Assembly: GCA_951804945.1 (NCBI GenBank)
Contig: OX638153.1
Coordinates: 82,522,001 to 82,586,000 of the forward strand
Direction: 5' to 3'
DNA length: 64,000 nucleotides
From: Podarcis cretensis
Taxonomy: Eukaryota
Both the position numbers and the translations under genes were made by a program. Below the pieces are notes generated by a model, which saw nothing but the letters and a program-made list of their open reading frames with translations, ran no database searches and had not been told where the DNA came from. Of this stretch, positions 1 to 11,900 are shown piece after piece (the first letter of the stretch is position 1; each line of letters starts with the position of its first letter).

Positions 1-612
1 GCGGACTGTCTCGCCAGAGTGGTGCATGCTCTGGTTATCTCCCGCTTGGACTACTGCAATGCGCTCTACATGGGGCTACCTTTGAAGGTGACCCGGAAAC
101 TACAACTAATCCAGAATGCGGCAGCTAGACTGGTGACTGGGAGCAGCCACCGAGACCATATAAAACAGGTCTTGAAAGACCTACATTGGCTCCCAGTACG
201 TTTCTGAGCACAATTCAAAGTGTTGGTGCTGACCTTTAAAGCCCTAAATGGCCTCGGTCCAGTATATCTGAAGGAGCATCTCCTCCGCCACCGTTCTGCC
301 CGGACACTGAGGTCAGAGCTCCGAGGGCCTTCTGGCAGTTCCCTCACTGCGAGAGGCCAAGTTACAGGGAACCAGGCAGAGGGCCTTCTTGGTAGTGGCG
401 CCCGCCCTGTGGAACGCCCTCCTATCAGATGTCAAAGCGATAAACAACTACCTGACATTCAGAAGACATCTGAAGGCAGCCCTGTTCAGGGAAGTTTTTA
501 ATATGTGACATTTTAGTGTATTTTTCATCTTTGTTGGAAGCCGCCCATAGTGGCTGGGGAAACCCAGCCAGATGGGCGGGGTACAAATAATAAATTATTA
601 TTATTATTATTA
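1..612 (+). mobile_element. L2-clade LINE 3' fragment
   Basis: RLDYCNALY..LQLIQNAAARLV..LHWLPV C-terminal ORF2 motif; (TTA)n tail. Confidence 0.85.
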
Positions 613-1424
613 CTATCCTGGCAAAAACATTAGATTTATTTTCATTGTTTCGTTGACCTGACCACGTAAAGGTGACTTCTCTGCAATTAAGAGAGGGTAG
701 ATATTGTTGCTCAGTGAATAAATACAGCAGCTTCCTTGATCAATTTGGAATAATGTTCAGAAATGACACATGTTCCAGACCAAAAGGCATTGTATTGCAT
801 AAACACCCTTCTTTCTGACAATGCTTCAAGATTAGGGTTCATTTGTCTGAACAGTCACCTTAAAACCCCATAGCGCTCTGGGAATCATGTGTGTATAGCT
901 CCCTCCTCAGCAACAGGAACCCTGGCTTGAAGAGGGCTTTCTTGTTAATATGTTTTAAATGAATTTTAAAGTTTTATAAATGAATGTGAAATCTACATTT
1001 TTTCTCTCTTCAGCTTCATATTCGTATTATATTCATATAGTTGTTATGGATAATATTGTTTACAATGGATGATAACGGCTTCTATGTAATATAATTTATT
1101 AGAGCTCAATTGAGTCCAATTAGGCCATAATGACAAACAAGACAAAGACTTGTGCTTCAAAAATCCTCACTTCTGCTCTGAAATTCAAGGTAAAGCTCTC
1201 ACATTTCATTGAAGGGCTCCATGATCTGACTTTGGACATTATGGTAAAAATGTGAGTCTCCTGCCATTTGGCTGTCCATGTTTCTTATGTACGTTTGACA
1301 CGGCACTAAGTGATATGTAAGGCTGCTTTCCTGGCTAACAGGAACAAAGCCTGTGGTGGATTTGTAATATTTCAAAGTATTGCAAATGCTTAAGGAGAGA
1401 ATGGTTTCATTTAGCAAGTTCATT

Positions 1425-1460
1425 AACAAACCAAAACACGTAATAATTTATGCATTTATT
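1425..1460 (-). terminator. Probable IFT80 polyadenylation signal with downstream GU-rich element (3'UTR about 1.25 kb)
   Basis: AATAAA at 1460-1455, followed about 15 nt later by CGTGTTTTGGTTTGTT; alternative AATAAA at 2384-2379 and 2168-2163. Confidence 0.55.
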
Positions 1461-2706
1461 ATGAAAGGCACAGCATTTCCATTAACACCAGTTACAAAAG
1501 GATTCCAAGTAATGATTTACTGTACAAAAATATTTTACTACTGATATCACCACAAAATATTGTGTTTTGCCTATTAAACAATCAGGACATTAGTGCTGTA
1601 TTCTTGAAATCATTGGCAATGGAGATATTTTGGACAAGTAATGAGGCTACACCAATAAAGTGGCTTGAGGTTTTTCTAAATCCCCAGTGCACTGGTGAAA
1701 TACCATATATAAATAAGGGACATGGGACAGCTTACCATCACAAAATGCTTTTAAAGGATGGGGATATCTGAACCTTTTCAAAATAGAAAAGCCTTATCAC
1801 TTAGCATTAACTATTTCTAGAAAAAATAAGTGTCATTTTAAACAAATACGTTTTACAACATATGCACAGTGTTAGATGGATTACTTGCTATGTTGAACTT
1901 GGGAGAAAATTAGTTTTTAAAAAGTATCTCCAGTTTGGTGTTTGTATATGCTGGAATTCATTGTACAGAGTTTATGTTTTGTATACTTCAGTGTCAACAG
2001 AAGTTAGTTCAATTAAGGACTACCCATTACATCAACCATCTTGTATGCCACTGTCTATATCAACAAAATTTGTTTCATGTTAGCAGGGTTCATTATGCTG
2101 CTTCTGCTAAAGTTAACCCTGCAATCTCAAAATCATTTACAAAAGAAAAACAAATCAGAAACTTTATTAAATTCCTTAGAAATATTCATTATCCAGCAGT
2201 TTCAGGACTTCAGTCTGTGCTCATGGTATAATGCTTCCTCAGTTTTCAGGCAGATTATACTTCTGACCCATAAACTTGTATACAAAAAGAGCTTCCTTAG
2301 GCATAAATATGTTTAGGTAAGCGGTCTGCTTTGAAAATAAATTCCATGCTTGTCTATTCTAATCTTAATAGTTGACCATTTATTTATGTGATAGTTTCCA
2401 CTGCCTCAGCTCTGCTACCAAAACCAACAATTTTCTTTTGAGAAACCAAGTCAGAGAACCTGATTCTGGTAACATATGCCATGCTCACTCCAAACTTTTC
2501 ATATTACCATAACCAGAATAGGATTGTCGTTCGTAGCATAAGATGACATACATACAAATTCATTTGCATTAACAATAAAGCAATAGCTATAGAAAGTCCA
2601 GGATATGGGAGTCAGGCTCTACTGTCCATCCCAAAATACCAAGGCTTACCAGTATGCTGAAGTAGCAGAGTGATAAAACCACTACTTAATATAATCAGCA
2701 TGCCAC

Positions 2707-2820
2707 TTAGCGCTGTATGGTTACGCTTGCTCTGACTGCTGGTGTAGCTGCAGCTCGTTCTCTCTCTTTAGCAATTTCCAATTCTATTTTGGCTTTGATT
2801 TTATCCCAGTTGACTTCAAG
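2707..2820 (-). CDS. IFT80: IFT80 last coding exon c19 (LEVNWDKIKAKIELEIAKERERAAATPAVRASVTIQR*)
   Basis: Manual translation; CAG acceptor after a pyrimidine tract; TAA at 2709-2707; resembles human LQIDWEKIKAKIEMEI. Confidence 0.95.
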   Translation of the reverse strand, partial: LEVNWDKIKAKIELEIAKERERAAATPAVRASVTIQR

Positions 2821-3659
2821 CTGCAGAAGCCAGGGGGCGAGGGGGAGAGAAAGTATCCATTAATCATAATTATAGTAGATGCATATAAATTAACCTGACA
2901 AGTCTTTACTTTATATGTTACATCTGCTACAGATTTCTTCATAACTTTCTGCTTGTTGGCCTTTTGTGGCTGGGCAGCTTTCTGCAATGTGTTAGCAAGA
3001 TTAAGAAACTAAATCTTGGTCCTATGGCAGCGATCCAGACAAGCCCATGTGGGTGCAGCAAATGCTTCTGCATGCAAATGGATTGCCAATTTTTCCTTCT
3101 GTTGGCAGCCCCTTGCAGCTCATGGGTTGTCACTCTGGAAAGTCCTCTGACTTTAGAGGCAAACTTGATTGCAGGGTGGGGTTTGTTGCTGCTGGAGGGG
3201 AACTGAAAATTGTATGTGCAAAAGTATGTGCAAAAGCTGTACTTCAGATCCTCACCCAAAATATTAAAATACATCATCCAAACATCTAGAGGCATTGTGC
3301 ATCTCAGTTATGACTTTAACCTTTTCACTGATTTTGATATCTCTTTTAATGGCTCTAGGATATGCATAAAGTGGGCTCTGATGGATCTGGCATTGCTTGT
3401 TTTCTCTAAACCTGTTGACTGGCTGCTGAATGTGTGTCCTGACCACTTAAAGTACTGTTTGAGGTGATGTGGGTATATATAAAAGCCCTAGCTAAGGTTT
3501 TGTATCTGTAATGGCACATTCATAAAGGCAAATCAACACTTAATGTTGCAGCTGCGAAATGAACATGTATGTGTACTGTAATCCTACATTTAAGAAATGG
3601 AATTTGTGCATATTTTAGAACCTTTAGAAAACAATGACTCCTAAATATTTTCAAGGAAA

Positions 3660-3692
3660 GTGTGTGTGTGTGTGTGCGCGCGCGCGCGCGCA
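3660..3692. repeat. (TG)n(CG)n microsatellite
   Basis: Direct reading. Confidence 0.95.
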
Positions 3693-4493
3693 AGAGAATG
3701 ATATCCATCTTTTGCCATATTTGCTGCAGTTTGTACCACAGCTTCACAGCAAATACAAAAAAAAACACAACCTGTTAATTTTATTAGAATTAATAAATGT
3801 CTAGGATCTAAAGAAGTAAGAAATATGTTCTCTAGACCCAAAGAGTTATGCTTGTTTTTATCAAACATGACCCCATGTCACATAGAAACAGATTTTGAAA
3901 TTGATGGGAGTTTCAAAAGCAGCTTGTGATCTGTTAAAGAATTCAGCTGTTAAAATTAAAAAGGCAACTGGCCCCTTGCAGAAGCCCCTTGCATTAGCTG
4001 TTTGGATTTCAACCTGTATTCCCCCTTATTGTATATTATGTCTCCACTTCCATCAAAGATGGCACAAATAACAGTGGTGACTTAAGAGCCAAATGAGGCC
4101 TCCTTTTACCACAACTATTTTATGTTGTTTCAGAAGGCTGCTACTGAGATCTGTTATAGTACAATCAAAACTTGCCAAATATTGCTGGCCAAGTTAAGTC
4201 CCACATGCTGCTTTGCTAAATCTCTATCCCTCTCTTACACAGGAGGAGCGTGAAGGCTATGATGCAGATTGCCAAAAGCTGCATATGATTTTCAGATAAT
4301 ATTTATTATACCTTACTAAAAGCTATGCTAAGCAAAACAGCACTGGGGCTTTTGCTGTAGCAGCCCCACAGGATGTCAACCCAAGAATAGGCTATGACCG
4401 CATCTGTTACTGAACCAGCTTGCACTGGTGGAACCTCAAAATTGAAAGCTTCAGAAACAGAAACTGCCCCCCAACCTTAATGTTTCTAAGGGA

Positions 4494-4620
4494 AAGGTAA
4501 AGGGACTCCTGACCATTAGGTCCAGTCGCGGACGACTCTGGGGTTGTGGTGCTCATCTCGCTTTATTGGCTGAGGGAGCCAGCGTAAAGCTTCCGGGTCA
4601 TGTGGTCAGCATGACTAAGT
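4494..4620 (-). mobile_element. Sauria SINE 3' fragment
   Basis: Matches the 3' part of the copies at 19685 and 27070 (AAAGGTAAAGGGAC.CCTGACCATTAGGTCCAG). Confidence 0.8.
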
Positions 4621-4906
4621 TCCACCTATATTACTCAGCTGTGTAATATTTACACAGTGTGACTGTCAAAATTGTCATGGGACACCCCCTGACATACTTT
4701 GGGCCCAGCTCTGTAGACATTAAAAATTAAGCCACAAAATGCAGACCCTGAAATCTAAAGATAATAAACAGTTAGTTTTATCGGCTACTGTAAAAGCACA
4801 AGCACAAAGTATTACTAATCTCATATTAGACTATAGTTTCAAATTGTTTCACAGCTATAATGCTGACTTTCTGACAATGTATAGCACAGCTTCCACAAAT
4901 ACTTGC

Positions 4907-5030
4907 CCCTTCTGCATACTGCAAAAACCTCTGATTTGTTTCTTTTTTACCAAAGTCATCCAAGAACTTTTGTCGGTAAGCCAGAACCGTGTCAACGTGT
5001 GTCTTGTGTTTCACTGCAAGTTCTAGTGCC
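4907..5030 (-). CDS. IFT80: IFT80 coding exon c18 ([23 protein letters not shown]...LQYAEG)
   Basis: Within ORF 4826..5155; TAG acceptor; non-canonical GCAAGT donor; 124 nt. Confidence 0.94.
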
Positions 5031-5584
5031 CTAGAAGAAAACAATAATGAGCTCATCAGGCTGAACTCAGAAACTGGCCTAATTACAAATGCTTTGGTTT
5101 TTATAAAAAATACATGCTGTACAGTGACTACACTGGTGGAAAGTTTTCTTGACATAAAGCAAGAAGAAACCTAGCATTAGTGCTGGCAATGATGTCTAGG
5201 CACTAGACGAATTTTATGAAGTATGTTATGAGAAGCAGTCATATTTCTATTGTCCTTACAGTGCTATTAAGAAACTGAAACGTATCTTCCCCATATAATA
5301 TACTTTGCTCAAAAAGTTTAGAATGTATTTAAAGCAACATTGCTGCTTTCAAGAGTAAACAATGATTCATATAACTATTGGAGAGACTCTAAACACAAAT
5401 AATGCCACTCTGTGATCCCTGTATTGCTGGAGTTAAAAATCTGTGACTCCAGGGATTTCTACAAGAGACCTTTGGGGTTTATCAACAGGAGAACCCCCTG
5501 GCTCACCTAAAATAGGCTTGAGGGATCCCAGCTATTATACTTAAGGAAAATCATAAATATTATACATAAGTAAGGAGCAATCGA

Positions 5585-5690
5585 AGAACTTTAGATTTGG
5601 AAGGGACCCCGAGGGTCATCTAGTCCAACCCCCTGCAATGCTGGAATCTCAACTAAAGCATCAGTGACTAGAAATATCTCAACTAAAGCA
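5585..5690 (-). mobile_element. CR1-type 3' end fragment
   Basis: TTGGAAGGGACCCCGAGGGTCATCTAGTCCAACCCCCTGC resembles the CR1 tail at 55760. Confidence 0.6.
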
Positions 5691-6239
5691 TGTTTAAAGT
5701 AGAATGGAAGAGCAAGCACACTCTCTTCTCCGTGGGAGGTGCTACATTGGTGACTCACTTCTACAGTTAAAACGAACCACCACCAACAAAAACAGCATAA
5801 TAAATATTATGGGTTTTCTTAAATATTATGGGAGATTGCTCTGTCAGTGCTTGCCTGATGGCAAGCACTCTTCCCACACATGATGATTTTTTTGGGGGGG
5901 TCTCCTGCCCCCCCTCCAAACCAATTTGGGAGCAAATAGGGTGAGGGGAGGAAGAAAGCCCCATTGTGCTAGTATACATGTTCATGCAGGCTTCAGCTAG
6001 TGGGACCTGTTAGCTGAATCCGGCCCTTCTTTTACATTCATAAGAAAATATATTGCCTTCAGGGCAGAATAATAGGATTAAATATTCTTTTTTCTCCCAA
6101 ATATTTAGTGTTCAAAACAATTTTAGTTAAATGTCAGGGAACAATGACTAATAAAATAATGGAACTGACTTACAAGTATCTCACAATAGCATTAGTTGAA
6201 TCTGTAAGGCACATGCTACATCCATAAGAAACATATTAC

Positions 6240-6412
6240 CTTTCCCAGTTGTAAAGGTTAATGTTGACTTGAATAGCTTGATAAATAAGGCCAGCTTGAA
6301 GAAGCAGTGTTTCAGCATCGTGTACATTTCCACTGAAAAGCAGGATATGAGCCAATCTTGATTCCTTTGATGGAAGATCTTTAATAGAACTGATATACTG
6401 AACTTTGTCGAT
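6240..6412 (-). CDS. IFT80: IFT80 coding exon c17 ([18 protein letters not shown]...NLYNWE)
   Basis: Within ORF 6236..6598; CAG acceptor, GTAATA donor; 173 nt. Confidence 0.96.
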
Positions 6413-6517
6413 CTGTTTTTTTATTTTAAAAAATGCAACAGTTATAATAAAATTAGCGCATTTAAAGTTACGTTGCAAGAAACTAAGAAGCCAAACTATT
6501 AAGGCAAATCTACTTAC

Positions 6518-6607
6518 TTCACCTATTGATGCATAGGCTACTTCTGCTGTATTCATATCTTTACTGGCTACTGCCATGGCAGCTAAACATGCCCACAATG
6601 TTTGATC
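6518..6607 (-). CDS. IFT80: IFT80 coding exon c16 ([30 protein letters not shown])
   Basis: Overlaps ORF 6236..6598; AAG acceptor, GTAAGT donor; 90 nt. Confidence 0.96.
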
Positions 6608-6751
6608 CTTAAAGTGAAAGAGAAGAAGTTTAAGACAATCATTTGTTTTCAGCCAAAGAAAAATGAGCAGAAGTTAAAGTCTATGTCAAGCTGTTAAAGT
6701 GTCACTGTCGTCCCCCATCAACCTACCCCACATTTATTCATTTCTACTATT

Positions 6752-6950
6752 AGATGTCAAGGAAATAAACAACTATCTGACTTTCAGAAGACATCTGAAG
6801 GCAGCCTTGTTTAGGGAGGTTTTTAATGTTTGAAGTGTTATTCTGTTTTTAGTGTTCTGTTGGAAGCTGCCCAGAGTGGCTGGGGAAACCCAGCCAGATA
6901 GGCAGGGTACAAATAATAAAATTTATTATTATTAGTAGTAGTAGTAGTAC
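6752..6950 (+). mobile_element. L2 LINE 3' end
   Basis: Same 3' end as the 1-612 copy; (TTA)/(TAG) tail. Confidence 0.8.
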
Positions 6951-7341
6951 TAAATATGGGCTGCAAACAGATTTGCCAGTAGATATTCTTTCTCCACGAA
7001 GAGGGGGTACTCTACAATTAAATTTTCTATTTGAAGAAGAACATTTGTTCACTACTGACACTGAAATGTAAGCAAAAGCCAGAGGTAACAGAAAAGAACC
7101 AAAATAATGGACGATAAAAATGTCAGATTCTGCTTTTAAACTATGCTACAAGAGACAACTGATATATTTATTTTATCATGACAATTTCAAGTGCATGCGA
7201 ATAAATCAGAAAGTTACAAATTCCATACATATTATAGCAAAATTACTTGATGAAACTTCATTGTTAATTATAGTAAATATATTCCGATCTGGGTAAAACT
7301 GTTTGTAACCATATTGTTAAAGCTACCAGATATGAATGACA

Positions 7342-7567
7342 CAGTGGTACCTCGGGTTACAGACGCTTCAGGTTACAGACTCCGCTAACCCAGAAATAGT
7401 ACCTCGGGTTAAGAACTTTGCTTCAGGATGAGAACAGAAATCGTGCAGCAGCGGCACGGCGGCAGTGGGAGGCCCCATTAGCTAAAGTGGTGCTTCAGGT
7501 TAAGAACAGTTTCAGGTTAAGAACAGACCTCCAGAATGAATTAAGTTCTTAACCCAAGGTACCACTG
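7342..7567. mobile_element. Tc1/mariner (pogo/Tigger-like) MITE, family A
   Basis: TIR CAGTGGTACCTCGGGTTA...TAACCCAAGGTACCACTG; TA on the right flank; several copies in the window. Confidence 0.85.
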
Positions 7568-8613
7568 TATTTCTATTTGCATGCAAGAGGGGCAAATGCA
7601 TTATACAAAAATTAGTGTAGAAACCAAAGCTATCTGATAGTGCAATCCTAACCAAGTCCACTCAGAAGTAACTACTACCGGATTCAAGGAGGCATTTCCC
7701 CAGGTAAATGGGGTTAGGGTTTTTGTAAATGACTGCATAACCCTGCCATGCAAACAAGTAGAAGTGAGTTAGCAACTCATTTATCTGCTTGCCTTGCTGC
7801 CCTATGCTTCCATTCCCACCTGCAGCAAGGGTATCTGTTGCCAGGAGAGACAGCCACCATAGCAGTAAACTATACTAATGAGCCTGTTCTTGTTTCAGAA
7901 GACAGAAAAGAGTCAGAACACAGTGTTGCATGTTCCCTTTTCTCTTCTGCCCTTAAAAGGCTACTAACCCTTATGCGTATGTGCAAAAAACATAGAATGT
8001 AAACACTGTAATGGTGGCTGCCAATGCCTACATTTAAACAGCCTGGACAGGCACATATGACAGCACTCTGGAAGCAGGTGTGAGCCAAATGGCAGCCAGT
8101 CAGAAGGAAGGATGAGCAGTTTGCTACTCAGCTCAGGCAAATGACCAGCTGCATCAATGAGGATCAACTGCATTTTAAAAAGCATTTTAAGAATTTTGGG
8201 GGGAATTCAATCCTACAAACCTGCATGCTCTATTTCAACTTTTTTGGCAGATAAAATGCCAGTTATAATTTATGATAGTTTGAATTAAAAAGAGAGATAA
8301 GAACATGTCTGCAACTTCATAATAAAGAAAAGAAAGGTGGCTTTACCAGAATGTAAATAATTTTAGAATTCTCACTGGCTCTGAAGCAGAGCGGTGTGGA
8401 ACTCTTTAGTGCATCATAAGCTAGTTTTTAAAAGCTAGGGGAGTTTCAGAAACACTTTATGATGGGACATAGAGAGAACTCTTTGCATGGCTGAGGGCAG
8501 ACCCAAAAGCCTGACAAAGTTCATATTTCAAAGTCCATTTTTCAAAAGTTGAAGTAGTAATGGGTATATAAAAACTACAAAAAACTTACTCTGCTGCAGA
8601 ATTTTATATTTAC

Positions 8614-8785
8614 CTTAACAAAGCGACATAATCTGACAGCATCTTCCCATTTTAAATTGTTGACATATTCATGGAGTATGGCTGGATAAGGTGAAATACT
8701 GATGTGAATAAGTGAGCCATCGGCTCTCCTGACCGTTACTTGACTTCCAGCAAAACTCACAATCTGGGGATTTTTACTAAATTCG
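8614..8785 (-). CDS. IFT80: IFT80 coding exon c15 ([12 protein letters not shown]...AVRLCRFVK)
   Basis: Overlaps ORF 8575..8760; CAG acceptor, GTAAAT donor; 172 nt. Confidence 0.96.
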
Positions 8786-9911
8786 CTGTTGAGATAAAAA
8801 ATATCATAAAATTATTTGAATGTTGAATAGTTTTGTCTAAAGCAGGGATTTCAAAGTTTCTGGGCCGGTGGGCATATCTGACAATTTGAGAAGCTGATGT
8901 GGGTGCCACTCACAAAATGGCTGACACGAAGGTGTGGAATAACACAAAATGGCTGCCACATCTAAAAAAACCAAGAAAAGAGACAAGACTACAAAGTAGT
9001 GTAAGCAAGCCTCCAGTATCAATTGCTCCCATCAATGGTGGAAAGGCACTTACATAAACCACTTAGAGAGAAGCTCCTTGCATCTCTCCATAATGAAAAG
9101 GACTATGGGTGTGCAATCCTGCCATCCAATGAAATGTGGGCATGTTTAAGGGTCTGTGCTCAATGTAGGAGAGACTGAGGAAGCACTCAGAATAGCATTC
9201 TCTTAGTATTCATTGCCTATCAGTGGAAATATGGCCATATTCTTCACGTCTATATACCTCAATTTCTCGTCTGGTCTTTTGTGACATCACATTATTTTAA
9301 TTTTTTGTATCAGTCACACCTCATAAAATAATTTATCTAGACGATATACAGAAAACAGAGTATAAAACAAGTTCAAAAAACACACACATTAAAATGAATT
9401 AAACACTGAATTCAAACAGCATCAAAGCAAAATGTCAACCATAGAAAACAAGAGATTTAACTCAGCCAAAGAGGTAAACACACCTCATAGGAGCTAAAAA
9501 TCAATCATCAAGTGGCAATAACTACAGTTAAATAAATACAAAATGATGTTTAAAAAGCATGAGAGAATAAACAGTACATTAATGCCATTGCCAGATGAGC
9601 CCACAATCAATGGCGGTGTGCCACCATTAACTATACAGGGGAGCTTATAGATTAGCACATAGCAGCTAGGTCTATTTACCGCCCTAAAAATGAAAGTAAA
9701 TAACCAGAACAGATAGATGCTTCAGGTGGAGAGATGGAAACTGATAATTTGAAATTGCAAACTTAGTAGCTCAAATTTAGCCCCTGATCCAAATTAAACG
9801 ATGGCAACTCATACTTGTTTTCGCCTGTAATTGCACCCATGTTTTTCACACTGTGGAATCTTACTCCCAATGGTTCTAATGGCAAGTATTTTATTGATGG
9901 GGGTACTATTA

Positions 9912-10091
<180 letters not shown>

Positions 10092-10966
10092 TTAACAGAA
10101 AGTAAGCAGAATCAAGTATCTGCTCAAGCACATGACACTACAGTATAAACATCAGTATCTTCAACTCTTCTCTGCCAGTGAATATGACTCTAAGTAACAG
10201 TTTTGTCTTCTGTGTAAAATAATGTTTATGTTTTACTTCCCATAAATTAGAATTTGTACCCTGAAAGATTATCGCAGAACAAACAAGCACAAGCCTGCGA
10301 GAATTCATGGGTAGTTTTTTTAACCCCTTTTCTTGGTGTTCCTTGTGTGTGCTCTGAAACTTCCTCTCACTGTAGAATAGCAGGCATGGGTGTCTTGTTT
10401 CCCCCTTGCAGCACACAGGATTGTGGCTCAGTCCTCCTACTGGGGTTTTATCTCTCAGTGTCTGCAGTATGCCCTCTCTAACATCAGCTGGGCTTCCCCC
10501 ACCTCTTAAAAAGGAAGTGAACATGTGCTGGTCTACTTAGGTGCAGAACCTGTATGTATGACTGCACCGAGAACACAAAGAAGTACTGAGCATATAATTT
10601 TTAATATCACAAATTACTGTTGATTGCTTCATGTACAGTATTTTAGCTTACTTACTGGACACCGTAAAATTAAAATTATGCGCAGATATTAGAAACTGAA
10701 AATACCATTGGCATGACTTAATCCATGGTTGCAAGCCAATTATGGGAATTAACTCCTGGAATATTGTCCACCCACCCCTAAGGGATGCTTCTATTTAGAA
10801 ATATAATTTCCAGAAATTTTGATTCCATGGGAAAGAACCATTTGGGTGGGGTGGGGTGGAGGGCTTCAGGAAAATGGAGGGCTTTCAAGAAATTTTTTTT
10901 ATTTTGTCAGTAGTAATGGGCTAGAAAGAAAGGGATAAAAATCTGTTGCATAAAGTTAATTCTTAC

Positions 10967-11102
10967 CTATTTTGATAACCTTCTGTTCTTTACCAAATCT
11001 CTTCACTGATGTTATATAAAGGTCTCTATTTTTGTCAATAAAAGCAATCTTCCTTTCATTTGTATGTCCTTTTCGGTCTAAGGCAATTTCCATGATTTCT
11101 GT
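10967..11102 (-). CDS. IFT80: IFT80 coding exon c13 ([12 protein letters not shown]...[10 protein letters not shown])
   Basis: Manual translation; TAG acceptor, GTAAGA donor; 136 nt. Confidence 0.96.
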
Positions 11103-11251
11103 CTATATTATAAATCAGTCATATTTCATGGAGTTAGGAATTAAATGCTTTATTTAAAAAACAAACAAGAATGAATTATAGGAATAAACATTTTGCACAT
11201 TGTACACTGAAGGACAGTGAGTTGGTCCAAGAAGAAAACAGGAACCTGGGT

Positions 11252-11435
11252 CAAAACAAAATAAAAAAATTCCTTCCAGTAGCACCTTAAAGACCAACTA
11301 AGTTAGTTCTTGGTATGAGCTTTCGTGTGCATGCACACTTCTTCAGATACACTGAAACAGAAGTCACCAGACCCTTCTATATAGTGAGAAGGTGGGGAGG
11401 GGTATTACTCAGAAGGGTGGTGGGATTGGGTGATT
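11252..11435 (-). mobile_element. Penelope-like element pseudo-LTR fragment
   Basis: 11-bp direct repeat GGAACCTGGGT (11241-11251 and 11436-11446); near-identical to the arms at 51849-52032; contains a hammerhead motif. Confidence 0.8.
11313..11350 (-). ncRNA. Minimal type I hammerhead ribozyme motif (Penelope-associated)
   Basis: GUAU-CUGAAGA-A-GUGUG(CAUG)CACAC-GAAA-GCUC-AUAC: helix I, conserved core, helix II, palindromic AGCU in place of helix III. Confidence 0.8.
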
Positions 11436-11900
11436 GGAACCTGGGTGTTCCACTTTCAGATCCTGCACTTTTATCTACTATACCACACAAGCTCACACTA
11501 TGCAAAGTCAAAGGTATAACTTATACCAGGTCTTGAATCCTCTTGTAATAAATAGGCTGAATTATTTTTTAATCAGAATAGTGTGAAGTCTAAAAGTGGG
11601 CAATATTACATTAATATCTTAAGTCACAGACCACTTTCCTTTAGAGCCATGTTTGGGCTGGGACACATCAGTAGGCCATGGGTCACTTTCAGGTGATCTC
11701 CTTAAATTGCCTGCTCCAGTCCCTAGCCATGCCAAAGCATTTTGGTTGGACCAATCCCAGCACTAACAACTGTGAGTAAAATTGGCCAGGAGACAAAGAG
11801 TTGGTGGGGGGAGAGGTCTCCCTCATTTGAGGGGAAAGGGCCAAAGGAAGTGTTGAAGGAGACTGAGAGATAAAAAAATAATATTTATTATTATTAGATT

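Noticed and set aside
7342-7567. Recurrent TTCAGGTTA/GGGTTAAGAAC motifs as a CRISPR-like or satellite array
   Set aside because: They are sub-terminal repeats inside a TIR/TA MITE; eukaryotic context, no spacers
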